NCBI GenBank assembly: GCA_963805925.1
Contig: CAWDWB010000007.1
Location: forward strand, 395,133-459,132
DNA length: 64,000 nucleotides
Source: an uncultured Acidobacteriota bacterium
GTDB lineage: Bacteria; Acidobacteriota; Terriglobia; Bryobacterales; UBA6623
Direction of reading: 5' to 3'
Positions 18,401-26,600 of the stretch are shown piece by piece. The position numbers and the translations under genes were made by a program. Under the pieces are notes generated by a model. It worked only from the letters and a program-made list of their open reading frames with translations. It had not been told where the DNA came from and made no database searches. The first letter of the stretch is position 1, and each line of letters begins with the position of its first letter.

Positions 18401-19312
18401 ATGAGAGTATTGATTAGCGGGGCGACGGGGTTTGTGGGGCGGGCGCTGTGCCGGCACTTGATCGGCAAGGGCGACGAGGTGTGGGCGTTTTCGCGGAGAC
18501 CGGCGCAGGCCAAGGCTTCGCTGGAAGGCGTGAGCCGGGTGTTCGCTTGGGATGCGGCCTCGCACGAGCCGGCGGCGGAGGCGTTCGAAGGCGTGGATGC
18601 GGTGGTTCATCTGGCGGGCGAGTCGGTGGTCGGGCGCTGGACGAAGTCGAAGCGCGAGGCGATTCGCGCTAGCCGTGTGGACTCGACCCAGCTGCTCGTC
18701 GCGGCGATGGCCAAGCTGGCGACGCCGCCGACGGCGCTGATCTCGGCGAGCGCCATCGGATATTACGGAGAAAAGGGCGAGGCGGAGGTCACCGAGGAGT
18801 CGGCGCCGGACAACGATTTCTTGGGCCAGGTGGCGATTGCCTGGGAAGCGGCGGCGTTGCGGGCGGAGTTAAGCGGCGTGCGGGTGGTTTGTTTGCGCAC
18901 GGGGATCATTCTGGGGCAGGGCGGCGGGGCGTTGCAGGCAATGCTGTTGCCGTTCAAGATGGGCGTCGGCGGTCCGTTGGGGTCCGGCAAGCAGTGGTGG
19001 TCGTGGGTGGCTTTCGACGACGTGATCGGGTTGATTGATTTCGCGCTGCGGACGCCTGCGGTCGAGGGTCCGTTGAATGTGACGGCGCCGACGCCGGTGA
19101 GGCAGAAGGATTTCGCTAAGGCGTTGGGCAAGGTTTTGCACCGTCCGGCGTTTATGCCGGCCCCGGCGTTCGCGCTCAAGTTGGCGCTGGGTGGGTTTTC
19201 GACCGAACTGCTGTCGAGTAAGAAGGTGTTGCCGAAGAAGGCGGAGCGGCTGGGGTATCGCTTTCGCTTCAGTGACTTAGGGGAGTGTTTGGAGCACGTA
19301 ATTCGAAGTTGA
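18401..19312 (+). CDS. TIGR01777/YfcH-type epimerase family protein (SDR39U1-like, DUF1731 C-terminus)
   Basis: MRVLISGATGFVGRAL.., ..VHLAGESVVGRWT..K..I..SRV..T.., ..GSGKQWWSWV..DDV.. match the YfcH-family pattern. 303 aa. Confidence 0.85.
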   Translation: MRVLISGATGFVGRALCRHLIGKGDEVWAFSRRPAQAKASLEGVSRVFAWDAASHEPAAEAFEGVDAVVHLAGESVVGRWTKSKREAIRASRVDSTQLLVAAMAKLATPPTALISASAIGYYGEKGEAEVTEESAPDNDFLGQVAIAWEAAALRAELSGVRVVCLRTGIILGQGGGALQAMLLPFKMGVGGPLGSGKQWWSWVAFDDVIGLIDFALRTPAVEGPLNVTAPTPVRQKDFAKALGKVLHRPAFMPAPAFALKLALGGFSTELLSSKKVLPKKAERLGYRFRFSDLGECLEHVIRS

Positions 19313-19396
19313 CCCCTACGTCGGGCGTTGATAGACTTGTTGATTGGAGAGCGGCGTTGGGGTCCTCCCGGGACTCAACGTCATTTTTGTGTCGCC

Positions 19397-19546
19397 ATGC
19401 CGAAGAGAACGTTTCAACCTAATCGCCGCCGCCGGTCCAAGACTCACGGCTTCCGTGTGCGCATGAGCACACCGGGAGGCCGCCGCGTGTTGGCGAATCG
19501 GCGCCGCAAGGGGCGTCATGCCCTTACCGTCAGCGACGAGCGATAG
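19397..19546 (+). CDS. rpmH: 50S ribosomal protein L34
   Basis: [49 protein letters not shown] is canonical L34. ATG at 19397. Confidence 0.97.
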   Translation: MPKRTFQPNRRRRSKTHGFRVRMSTPGGRRVLANRRRKGRHALTVSDER

Positions 19547-19952
19547 TTCGTCGCGCGACGCAAACCGTTCCTCCGTTCCGCCGACTGATCAAGGACTTCC
19601 GAAACACCGCCGGTTGCGGAAGCGGGCGGAATTTCAAAAGGTCTACGAAGAAGGTCAACGGATTTCCGGAAGGCTGTTCACGTTATTTATTCGGCAGAGT
19701 TCCACGGATGCGCCAGGCCGATTTGGCTTGACGGTTTCGCGGAAAGTGGGACGCGCGGTGGTGCGCGTGCGGGTGAAGCGGTTGCTGCGCGAGGCGGTTC
19801 GTCTTTGTTGGGACTTGTTCCCAACGGGGAGCGAGGCGGTATTTCACGCCAGGCCGGTGATGCGGGATGCGGACTTCGCAGCGGTACAATCCGAAGTGAA
19901 ACGTGCACTCGAAAAAGCGGCAAGACGAATCGGGGGAGAGGCTACGACTTAA
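19518..19952 (+). CDS. rnpA: Ribonuclease P protein component
   Basis: ..[56 protein letters not shown].. (RNR motif region). Position directly after rpmH. The exact start is uncertain; the ATG at 19518 overlaps rpmH. Confidence 0.9.
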   Translation: MPLPSATSDSSSRDANRSSVPPTDQGLPKHRRLRKRAEFQKVYEEGQRISGRLFTLFIRQSSTDAPGRFGLTVSRKVGRAVVRVRVKRLLREAVRLCWDLFPTGSEAVFHARPVMRDADFAAVQSEVKRALEKAARRIGGEATT

Positions 19953-20172
19953 CCCGGGGCAGCGAATCGCGCTGTTTGCCTTAGTTGCGTATAAGAGTAT
20001 TCTTTCGCCGATATTGCCGTCTGCTTGCAAGTTCTATCCGACCTGTTCGATGTACGCTAGAGAAGCAGTTGAACGCCACGGCGTGATGAAGGGCTCGTGG
20101 CTGGCGGCTAAACGCCTGATCCGATGCCGCCCTTTCGCGCGCGGCGGATTCGACCCAGTCCCTGATGCCTGA
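19903..20172 (+). CDS. yidD: Membrane protein insertion efficiency factor YidD
   Basis: ..[58 protein letters not shown] is the YidD signature. The GTG start at 19903 is uncertain. Confidence 0.9.
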   Translation: MHSKKRQDESGERLRLNPGQRIALFALVAYKSILSPILPSACKFYPTCSMYAREAVERHGVMKGSWLAAKRLIRCRPFARGGFDPVPDA

Positions 20173-21898
20173 CAACGAGGAACAGTTCGTACAACGCCGC
20201 CTGCTGGTGGCGTCCCTTTTATCAGCGGTAGCCATGATGGGCTACTTCTACTTCTATCAGCCGCAAGGTTCGCCTTTGGTACAGCCGGCCGAGCAGGCGG
20301 TAGAAGCTCCCGCCGAGCAAGCCGAGGCGCCGCAGATGGCGCCGGCCGCAGCAGTCCCGGAAGCGGCGGCCGCGGAAGGCGAGCCAGTAGCGGCTCCCGC
20401 GCAGGCCGAGGCTGAGCGCGAGATTGTCGTCGAGACGGACACCTTCGAAGTGACCTTCTCCAATCGCGGCGGCGTCGTGAAGCGCTGGGTGTTGAAGGAC
20501 TATCAGGACGTTCGCGGCGAGCCGCTGGATCTGGTCCATCAAGCCGGAGCTGAAGCGCACGGCTATCCGTTCCGCTTGCAGTTGAGCGGCGGCGAGGCGG
20601 TGCCCGGCTTGGACGACGCCCTCTACGAAGTGAATGAAGGCCCGGATCGGCGCACGGGCGATGCGGTTGTCGAGTTTCATTACGCCGACGGCGTGCGCGA
20701 GGTTCGCAAGACGTTTCGTTTCCGCCGCGAAGGGTATGAGCTGGACGTTGAAACCGACCTGACGGAGAATGGCGCGCCGCGCATGCACTTGATCGCGTGG
20801 CCGGGCGGTTTTGGCGATACCGCTCACTTAAACGACCAGAACTACAGCACCGTATTCTATTGGGATCCGGCGGAAGGACTGGAGCGGAACAAAGCTTCCG
20901 CTGCTGAGGACGCCCGAATTACGAACCAGGGCGAGTATCCGTTTGCGGGCATCGACGACCTGTTTTTCACGGCCGTCTTTCGGGCCAGAGAAGCTCAACC
21001 CATGCAGGTGGAAACCGCGGCGATTGAGATCGACCCTTTGGTCCCCGACCGGGACGCATTGAAGATATTCGCGGCGACGGCCATCGGTTCTTCGACGGGC
21101 AACCAGTTTGAGTTATACGTCGGTCCCAAGAGCCTAAACGGCTTGCGCACTCTGGATAGCCGAATGGGCGATATCGTGAATTTCGGCTGGGCGGGATTCA
21201 TCGCCGAGCCGCTGTTCTTGATGCTGCAGTGGACGCATGCCAACGTGGTTGCGAATTGGGGTTGGTCGATCGTGTTAGTGACGATCGTGATCAATATCGC
21301 GCTCTTCCCGCTGAAGTGGAAGGGCAATAAGTCCCAGAAGCGCATGCAACAGATCCAACCGTTGATTAAGCAGATCAACGAGAAATACAAGGGTCTGAAG
21401 ATGAGCGACCCGAAGAAGCAGGGTCAGCAAGAAGAGACGATGGAGCTGTACAAGAAGTACGGCGTCAACCCTGTCGGCGGCTGCTTCCCGATGCTCTTGC
21501 AGATGCCGGTCTTCTATGGCTTTTACAGCCTGCTGACCCAGGTGATCGAGATGCGCGGCGCCGAGTGGCTTTTCGTGAGCGATCTATCGCAGCCGGAGCA
21601 TTGGCTGATCATCGGCGGCACCTCGATTCACGTGCTGCCTCTGTTGATGATGGCGACGCAGTTCTGGATGCAGACCTTAACGCCGATGCCGAGCGTCGAC
21701 CCGGCACAGGCGCGCATGATGAGATTCATGCCCTTGATGATGGGCTTTATCTTCTACGGGTTCCAGGCCGGGCTGGTGATATACTGGCTCACGATGAATT
21801 TGGTCGGCGTGGGTCAGCAGGTGTTGCTGAACAAGATGCCGGGCGAGGAACTCGAGATCGAGATTCCTGGCCGCAAGCCAAACCGCAAAAAGAAGTAA
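20165..21898 (+). CDS. yidC: Membrane protein insertase YidC
   Basis: 577 aa. N-terminal TM, periplasmic domain, and the conserved C-terminal core (..[51 protein letters not shown]..). The ATG overlaps the yidD stop. Confidence 0.95.
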   Translation: MPDNEEQFVQRRLLVASLLSAVAMMGYFYFYQPQGSPLVQPAEQAVEAPAEQAEAPQMAPAAAVPEAAAAEGEPVAAPAQAEAEREIVVETDTFEVTFSNRGGVVKRWVLKDYQDVRGEPLDLVHQAGAEAHGYPFRLQLSGGEAVPGLDDALYEVNEGPDRRTGDAVVEFHYADGVREVRKTFRFRREGYELDVETDLTENGAPRMHLIAWPGGFGDTAHLNDQNYSTVFYWDPAEGLERNKASAAEDARITNQGEYPFAGIDDLFFTAVFRAREAQPMQVETAAIEIDPLVPDRDALKIFAATAIGSSTGNQFELYVGPKSLNGLRTLDSRMGDIVNFGWAGFIAEPLFLMLQWTHANVVANWGWSIVLVTIVINIALFPLKWKGNKSQKRMQQIQPLIKQINEKYKGLKMSDPKKQGQQEETMELYKKYGVNPVGGCFPMLLQMPVFYGFYSLLTQVIEMRGAEWLFVSDLSQPEHWLIIGGTSIHVLPLLMMATQFWMQTLTPMPSVDPAQARMMRFMPLMMGFIFYGFQAGLVIYWLTMNLVGVGQQVLLNKMPGEELEIEIPGRKPNRKKK

Positions 21899-21934
21899 CC
21901 CTCCGCCCTGCGAACCCGCCCTACTGTCCGTCCC

Positions 21935-22438
21935 ATGCCCGTGCAACCCTGGAATTTGGATAAGATCATCGACGATATCGATGAGTTCTTGGACGCCGTC
22001 CTGGACACGGCGGGGCTGGATCTCGACTACGAGATTCGCGAAGGAGGCGGGGACTCGGCGGAGCTGATTAGCCCGGACTTGACCGTCGATTTCAGCGGCG
22101 ACGATTTGCCCCTGCTGTTGGACCACCGCGCCGAACTGCTGTTGGCGTTGGAGCACCTGACGCTTGAGGCGCTCAAGATCTCGCACGATGACCGCTACCG
22201 CTTAATCTTCGATGCCGACGACTATCGGCTCATGCGCATCGAAGAGTTGCGCATGAGCGCCGAGGCGGCGGCAGAGAAGGTAGTCAAGTCGGGGCGGCCG
22301 TTCCACTTCCAGCCGATGACGTCGCGGGAGCGGCGCATCATTCACCTGACCTTGCGCGACAACAAAGACGTGATGACGACTTCCGAAGGCATGGCCCCAG
22401 GACGCCATACGGTCATCTACAAGGCCGACAAACGTTAG
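21935..22438 (+). CDS. jag: Jag/KhpB-like RNA-binding protein (KH-like + R3H), short form without Jag_N
   Basis: C-terminal R3H motif ..MTSRERRIIHLTLRDNKDVMTTSEGMAPGRHTVIY. Conserved position downstream of yidC. Confidence 0.8.
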   Translation: MPVQPWNLDKIIDDIDEFLDAVLDTAGLDLDYEIREGGGDSAELISPDLTVDFSGDDLPLLLDHRAELLLALEHLTLEALKISHDDRYRLIFDADDYRLMRIEELRMSAEAAAEKVVKSGRPFHFQPMTSRERRIIHLTLRDNKDVMTTSEGMAPGRHTVIYKADKR

Positions 22439-23238
22439 TTGTGGCCGGCGAGCGGCCAGGCGGCGCCTGCTGATTCTTCCCTGGCGAGCGTTATTTTGGC
22501 GGCGCGGCGGTTGCGCACGATGCCGATCTCAACAGAAGATGCGGCACGATGCATTTCGCGCCGGATATCCGCGGCATCCTCAACCGAGTTGCCTGCGACG
22601 CTGACGATAACGTCTCCGGCGACGAGGCCCGCTTTCGCGGCCGGGGAACCTTCTTCCACCGAGCGCACGAGCACGCCTTGCTTCACGCCGAAGTGTTTGG
22701 CGAGCTGGTCTTCGATGGCTTCCAGTTCCACGCCGAGCGAGCGATTGCGGACCACCGTCACGGCCCGGGGGAAGTCGAAGCCGAGGCCGGCTTGGCGCTT
22801 GAACTGCTCGGCGATATCGGTGGAGGTCGGCAAACCGCGAGTTTCGACGACGATATCGACGTCCCGCTTCTTGCCGTCCCGCCAGATTTCGAGTTGAACG
22901 GTCTGTCCGCCGGGGGTCTCGTGCACGAGTCGGGCTAGCTGCTCGGCGCCGAGGACTTGCTCATTGCGATAGCGGGTGATGACGTCGTCTCGTTGGAGGC
23001 CAGCCTCTTGGGCCGGGCCGCCCTCGGCGACTTGGGCGATCTCTACGCCGTGAATGTTGTCTAGCTTAAGCTGGCTAGCCTTCTCCGGAGTCAGGTCGAT
23101 GATACCGACGCCCAACCAACTTTGCGAGCCGGCTGCCGTCTGGGGCGGCGCGCCTTGGGCGGCGGTGTACAACGTAAACGGCGAGGCGGCCAATGCTAGC
23201 GATAAGGTCGCTTGGGCGATGCAAGTGTGCAGCGTCAT
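22435..23238 (-). CDS. Secreted protein with two PDZ domains
   Basis: Signal peptide. Two PDZ-like modules (..GVEIAQVAEGGPAQEAGLQRDDVITRY.. and ..GVLVRSVEEGSPAAKAGLVAGDVIVSVAG..). No protease domain is visible. Confidence 0.75.
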   Translation of the reverse strand: MTLHTCIAQATLSLALAASPFTLYTAAQGAPPQTAAGSQSWLGVGIIDLTPEKASQLKLDNIHGVEIAQVAEGGPAQEAGLQRDDVITRYRNEQVLGAEQLARLVHETPGGQTVQLEIWRDGKKRDVDIVVETRGLPTSTDIAEQFKRQAGLGFDFPRAVTVVRNRSLGVELEAIEDQLAKHFGVKQGVLVRSVEEGSPAAKAGLVAGDVIVSVAGNSVEDAADIRREMHRAASSVEIGIVRNRRAAKITLAREESAGAAWPLAGHN

Positions 23239-23244
23239 CCGAAG

Positions 23245-24438
23245 CTACTCCCTGCGGCGAATGTAGATCCGGCCGCTTGTGTTGCGGACTCGCAGAAGAG
23301 GACCGCCGCCGTTCAATTGGCCGGCGGCTTGGACGCCGCCGAAGCTGTCTCCGCGAGTGACCTGAATGTCAGGGAAGTCGCTCTCGATGCGCTGCAGGTT
23401 TCTGGCGAAGTCGACCATGGCGTCGATGGTGACGCGCATGTCCGCAGGCAAGAAAAGCACAATGGAGCCGGCGTTCGTCTCGATGAGCGAATCCATCATC
23501 TGGCGGTCAGAAATGAAATAGGCCTGCACGTTACCGGCGGCGCTGAGAGCGTAAACGCGTCCGGCGACGTCGTTGAGTTGGATGTCGCCGGATGCGGTTT
23601 CGGCGTGGATGCCGGCCGGAGCGCGGGCGACGCGAATGGCTCCGCCGGCGGTATCGAGGGTGACTTCGCCGCCTGCTTCGCCGACGACGATGGAGCCGCC
23701 GGAGGTCGCTGCGGCGATTTTGCCGCCGACAAACTTCGCTTCGATGTTGCCGCCGACGGTTTCCGCCTGCAAACGGCCGCGAACGTTGCCGACGCGGATG
23801 CCGCCGCCGGCGGAATTGAGAACGGCGTCGCCTCCGGAAGAGGTCAGCGCAATGGAGCCGCCGGCTGTTTCGCAGCGCACGTTTTTGCCGATAGCGCCGA
23901 GTTCAATGTTGCCGCCTCCGGTGGTGACCAATACGTCGCCGCCGATCCGGTCGAGAGTGATGGCGCCGCCGGCAGAGTCGGCGTTGACCCGACCGCGAAT
24001 ATCGCTGACATCGAGTTCGCCGCCACGGGTGACGATCACTGCATCAGTGATGGTCTGCGGGACGGTCATTTCGATCTCGGCGCGCATGCTGCAACGACCG
24101 CAGTTGACTTCGCCGATACCCAGTGTGGTGGTGTCGGCGCTGCTGGCAGCTCCCGCTTGCGCTTGCTGGAAATATTGGCGCGCTTCTTGTTCGTTGCTCG
24201 CCCGGACTTTCAAGAGAATTCGGTAAGCGACGGTTTGCGTATCGGAGCCGCGAACGGTGATTTCACCCAGAGCGCTGATGCGCAAACGCGGTCTGCCGGC
24301 GACTTCGCCCTGATAGGTCTGGGTGAAATAGCCGCCGTCTTTCACGATCGGCCCGCCCGTCGTCTGGGCGCCCAGCGGCGCGGCTAGGACGGCGAGGAAA
24401 CAGGCCGCACTCTGAAGTCTTCTTGTCGCTTGCAGCAA
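23245..24438 (-). CDS. DUF4097-type beta-helical repeat protein (putative adhesin-like)
   Basis: Signal peptide. Long run of GG.I.. repeats (..TTGGGNIELGAIGKNVRCETAGGSIALTSSGGDAVLNSAGGGIRVGNVRG..TSGGSIVVGEAGGEVTLDTAGGAIRV..) typical of DUF4097. Confidence 0.7.
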   Translation of the reverse strand: MLQATRRLQSAACFLAVLAAPLGAQTTGGPIVKDGGYFTQTYQGEVAGRPRLRISALGEITVRGSDTQTVAYRILLKVRASNEQEARQYFQQAQAGAASSADTTTLGIGEVNCGRCSMRAEIEMTVPQTITDAVIVTRGGELDVSDIRGRVNADSAGGAITLDRIGGDVLVTTGGGNIELGAIGKNVRCETAGGSIALTSSGGDAVLNSAGGGIRVGNVRGRLQAETVGGNIEAKFVGGKIAAATSGGSIVVGEAGGEVTLDTAGGAIRVARAPAGIHAETASGDIQLNDVAGRVYALSAAGNVQAYFISDRQMMDSLIETNAGSIVLFLPADMRVTIDAMVDFARNLQRIESDFPDIQVTRGDSFGGVQAAGQLNGGGPLLRVRNTSGRIYIRRRE

Positions 24439-24449
24439 AATCGAATTCC

Positions 24450-25406
24450 TCAGTACAACCCAATGGACGCATTGAGTTCGGCTAACGTTTGTTCGGAGCG
24501 CAGGCGCACGTAGCTGTTCGGCTCATCACGCACGACGTCTTGCAGCACCTCGACCAGTTCGCGGTCGGGGTGAGCAGTCAGCAATTCGATGGCGTTGACG
24601 CGCATGCCGGGGTTCGAGTCATTGCGCAGGGTCTTCATCAGCGCGTGACGGACGTCCATGTCTTCCTTGTAGGGGGCCAACGCTTCGAGAGCCTTCAAAC
24701 GGGCGCCGCCGTTTTCGTCTTCGAGCATGGCTTTGACCAGCGCTCCGCGCACTTGCGGGTCATCGGCGCGTTGGCGCAGCAGATCGATCATGTCCAGCCG
24801 CCGGCCGGAGTTGGAACTGCGCGACATGGCGATCAGTAGCGCTTGGATTTGCGGGTCGTTGGAGTTGCCGCGGATGGTGCGACGTTCTTCGACGACGATT
24901 TCCACCGAGGACGAACCGGGACCGGTGGAGACGGAACGCACGTCGGGGATGTCTTCGTAGGAAGCGAGCGCGGCGCCGTCTTTGGGAAGCGCACTTTGCT
25001 CAGCGACAGGCGGCTGGTCGGAGAAGGCCATGCGGAATTGCTGGGTGGCGCGTCCGCCCCAGAAGCCGGCGGCGACGAACAGCATCGCCAGGGCGCCTTG
25101 CCAGGCCAGGTTGGGCGCGGACGGAGTGAAGATGGAGCGCAAGCGGGCGCCCCAGGATTGCTGCTGGGCGACGATGGCCTCTTGGCGAATCGCCCGCATC
25201 AGGTCCATGCGGCAATCGGCGATTTCGGCGGGACTAAAATCAAGCGTCTCGCGCTGACGCAGCGTTTCGATGAGCAGACGTTCCTCTTCGACGACAGCCG
25301 CAAGGGTCGCCGAACGCCCCAACTCTTCCTCAAATTGCGTCTCGTCTTCGGCCGACAACTCGCCGTAGAGATAAAGACCGACTCGGTTTCTGATGTCTTC
25401 GCTCAT
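24450..25406 (-). CDS. Putative anti-sigma factor: N-terminal anti-sigma helix, one TM, C-terminal HEAT-like repeats
   Basis: Starts 1 nt after the ECF sigma stop. N-terminus ..VGLYLYGELSAEDETQFEEEL.., TM WQGALAMLFVAAGFWGG, C-terminus ..RLDMIDLLRQRADDPQVRGALVKAMLEDENGGARLKALEAL..NPGMRVNAIELL... Confidence 0.6.
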   Translation of the reverse strand: MSEDIRNRVGLYLYGELSAEDETQFEEELGRSATLAAVVEEERLLIETLRQRETLDFSPAEIADCRMDLMRAIRQEAIVAQQQSWGARLRSIFTPSAPNLAWQGALAMLFVAAGFWGGRATQQFRMAFSDQPPVAEQSALPKDGAALASYEDIPDVRSVSTGPGSSSVEIVVEERRTIRGNSNDPQIQALLIAMSRSSNSGRRLDMIDLLRQRADDPQVRGALVKAMLEDENGGARLKALEALAPYKEDMDVRHALMKTLRNDSNPGMRVNAIELLTAHPDRELVEVLQDVVRDEPNSYVRLRSEQTLAELNASIGLY

Positions 25407-26054
25407 CTAGGCCCTCGCATCCTGCAGAGCGGCTCGTAACTTGTGAGTCGCCCGGAACAGACTGTTCTTGGCTGCTTCTTCGCTGATTCCGACGGCCTCG
25501 CCGATGGCGCGCAGCCGCATGCCGTCGTAGTGGCGCAGTTCAAAGACGACGCGCTCATTGGGGGAAAGTTGTTCCAGAGCGGTCTCGATTCGGTCGGCCA
25601 GCGCTTGTCCTTCAAAGGCGCGGTCGGGGTTGCCTTCGACGCGCGGTTCTTGAGCGGCTTGCAAGGGGTTGAGGCCCCGGGCGTCGTCGCGGTCGTCGAC
25701 GCCGACTTCCTTGCGGACTCCCTTGCGCCGTAGCTGGTCCAAACAGACATTGGTCGTAATCCGGTAGAGCCAGGTGTGGAAGCTGCACTGGAAGCGGAAA
25801 GTATCGAGCTTCCGATAGGCCTTAAGAAAAGCTTCCTGATAGGCATCTCGCGCGTCCTCCGGGGAGCGCAACATATTCATCGCCAGCCGCAGGACTGAGC
25901 GCTCATACAGGCGCACCAACTCCTCGAAGGCGGCTGGGTCCTTCTTCTGGGCCGCTTCAATCAGCGCAGTTTCGCTGGGAGCGGCTGACTCAGGCTGGGT
26001 GCTGAGCCCGATCGATTCCGCATCGGCCAATTCCACGTGGTCTTGCCGGTTCAA
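25407..26054 (-). CDS. ECF-type RNA polymerase sigma-70 family factor
   Basis: Region 2 (..FEELVRLYERSVLRLAMNMLRSPEDARDAYQEAFLKAYRKLDTFR..FHTWLYRITTNVCLDQLRRK) and region 4 (..LSPNERVVFELRHYDGMRLRAIGEAVGISEEAAKNSLFRATHKLR). The start may be the GTG at 26036 rather than the TTG at 26054. Confidence 0.9.
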   Translation of the reverse strand: MNRQDHVELADAESIGLSTQPESAAPSETALIEAAQKKDPAAFEELVRLYERSVLRLAMNMLRSPEDARDAYQEAFLKAYRKLDTFRFQCSFHTWLYRITTNVCLDQLRRKGVRKEVGVDDRDDARGLNPLQAAQEPRVEGNPDRAFEGQALADRIETALEQLSPNERVVFELRHYDGMRLRAIGEAVGISEEAAKNSLFRATHKLRAALQDARA

Positions 26055-26058
26055 TGAG

Positions 26059-26087
26059 TTAGACGCTCGTCCGGGTTGAACGTTTGG
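26059..26087 (-). promoter_or_regulatory. Candidate ECF-type autoregulated promoter (CCAAAC-N16-CGTCTAA)
   Basis: The minus strand reads GCGCCAAACGTTCAACCCGGACGAGCGTCTAACTCA immediately upstream of the sigma gene. This resembles the AAC-N16-CGTC architecture of many ECF promoters. If real, the TTG at 26054 is too close and the GTG at 26036 would be the start. Confidence 0.25.
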
Positions 26088-26189
26088 CGCGCCACTTCAG
26101 TATTTTCGCTCTTTGGGAGGCGAGACGGGGCGGGCGTTGTTGCGCAGGCCCGGGTTAGAGGCGTTCCGTCGGCGTTTTTGGGCCCTGGC

Positions 26190-26500
26190 TCAGAAGGAAT
26201 CGCGGCCCGAATGCGACTTGTCGGAAGCTACTTGGGATGGAACGGCTAGCGCGTCGACCATGCCCCATTGCGCTCGTCCTAGTTGGGTGCTGCGACCCTG
26301 TGGGCTGAGACTGCCGACCAAACGTTCCTTTTCTTTCGCCGTCGCCTCAAGGCTCAAGAAGTTTTCGGCATGTTCCCCTGCAACTGAGGTCAGGACAACG
26401 ATATCGGGCCGGACGACCGCAGCGGCCCTCCACATGAGCCCTTACCGTCCATGGCACGACGCTGCTAGACGGCCTGGTATGCTCTGGGATCGACCGTGAA
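26190..26500 (-). pseudogene. Decayed fragment of a Mur-ligase-family gene (MurF/CapB/cyanophycin-synthetase-C-like central domain)
   Basis: An 81-aa ORF reads ..AAAVVRPDIVVLTSVAGEHAENFLSLEATAKEKERLVGSL... This resembles the Mur ligase segment ..P(D/E)I.V(I/L)TN(I/V)..(A/E)H...F.S.E.IA..K..(I/L)... An upstream TAA and a frame change (..AMDGKGSCGG.. in another frame) show that only a broken remnant is left. Confidence 0.4.
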
Positions 26501-26600
26501 GGCGGTCGCTACGTGATGCACGAATGCACCGAGATCAAGCATGTGTCATGGGGGCCGTAGGAAGGGTGCTGCTAGAGCCCTTGGATGTCAACCAGTTAAC

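Noticed and set aside
19313-19396. Possible oriC / DnaA boxes upstream of rpmH
   Set aside because: No TTATCCACA-like 9-mers or AT-rich unwinding element are seen by eye, and dnaA is absent from the window.
23212-24387. 391-aa and 217-aa plus-strand ORFs
   Set aside because: They are antisense to the DUF4097 repeat gene. Their apparent repetitiveness only mirrors the GG.I repeats encoded on the opposite strand.
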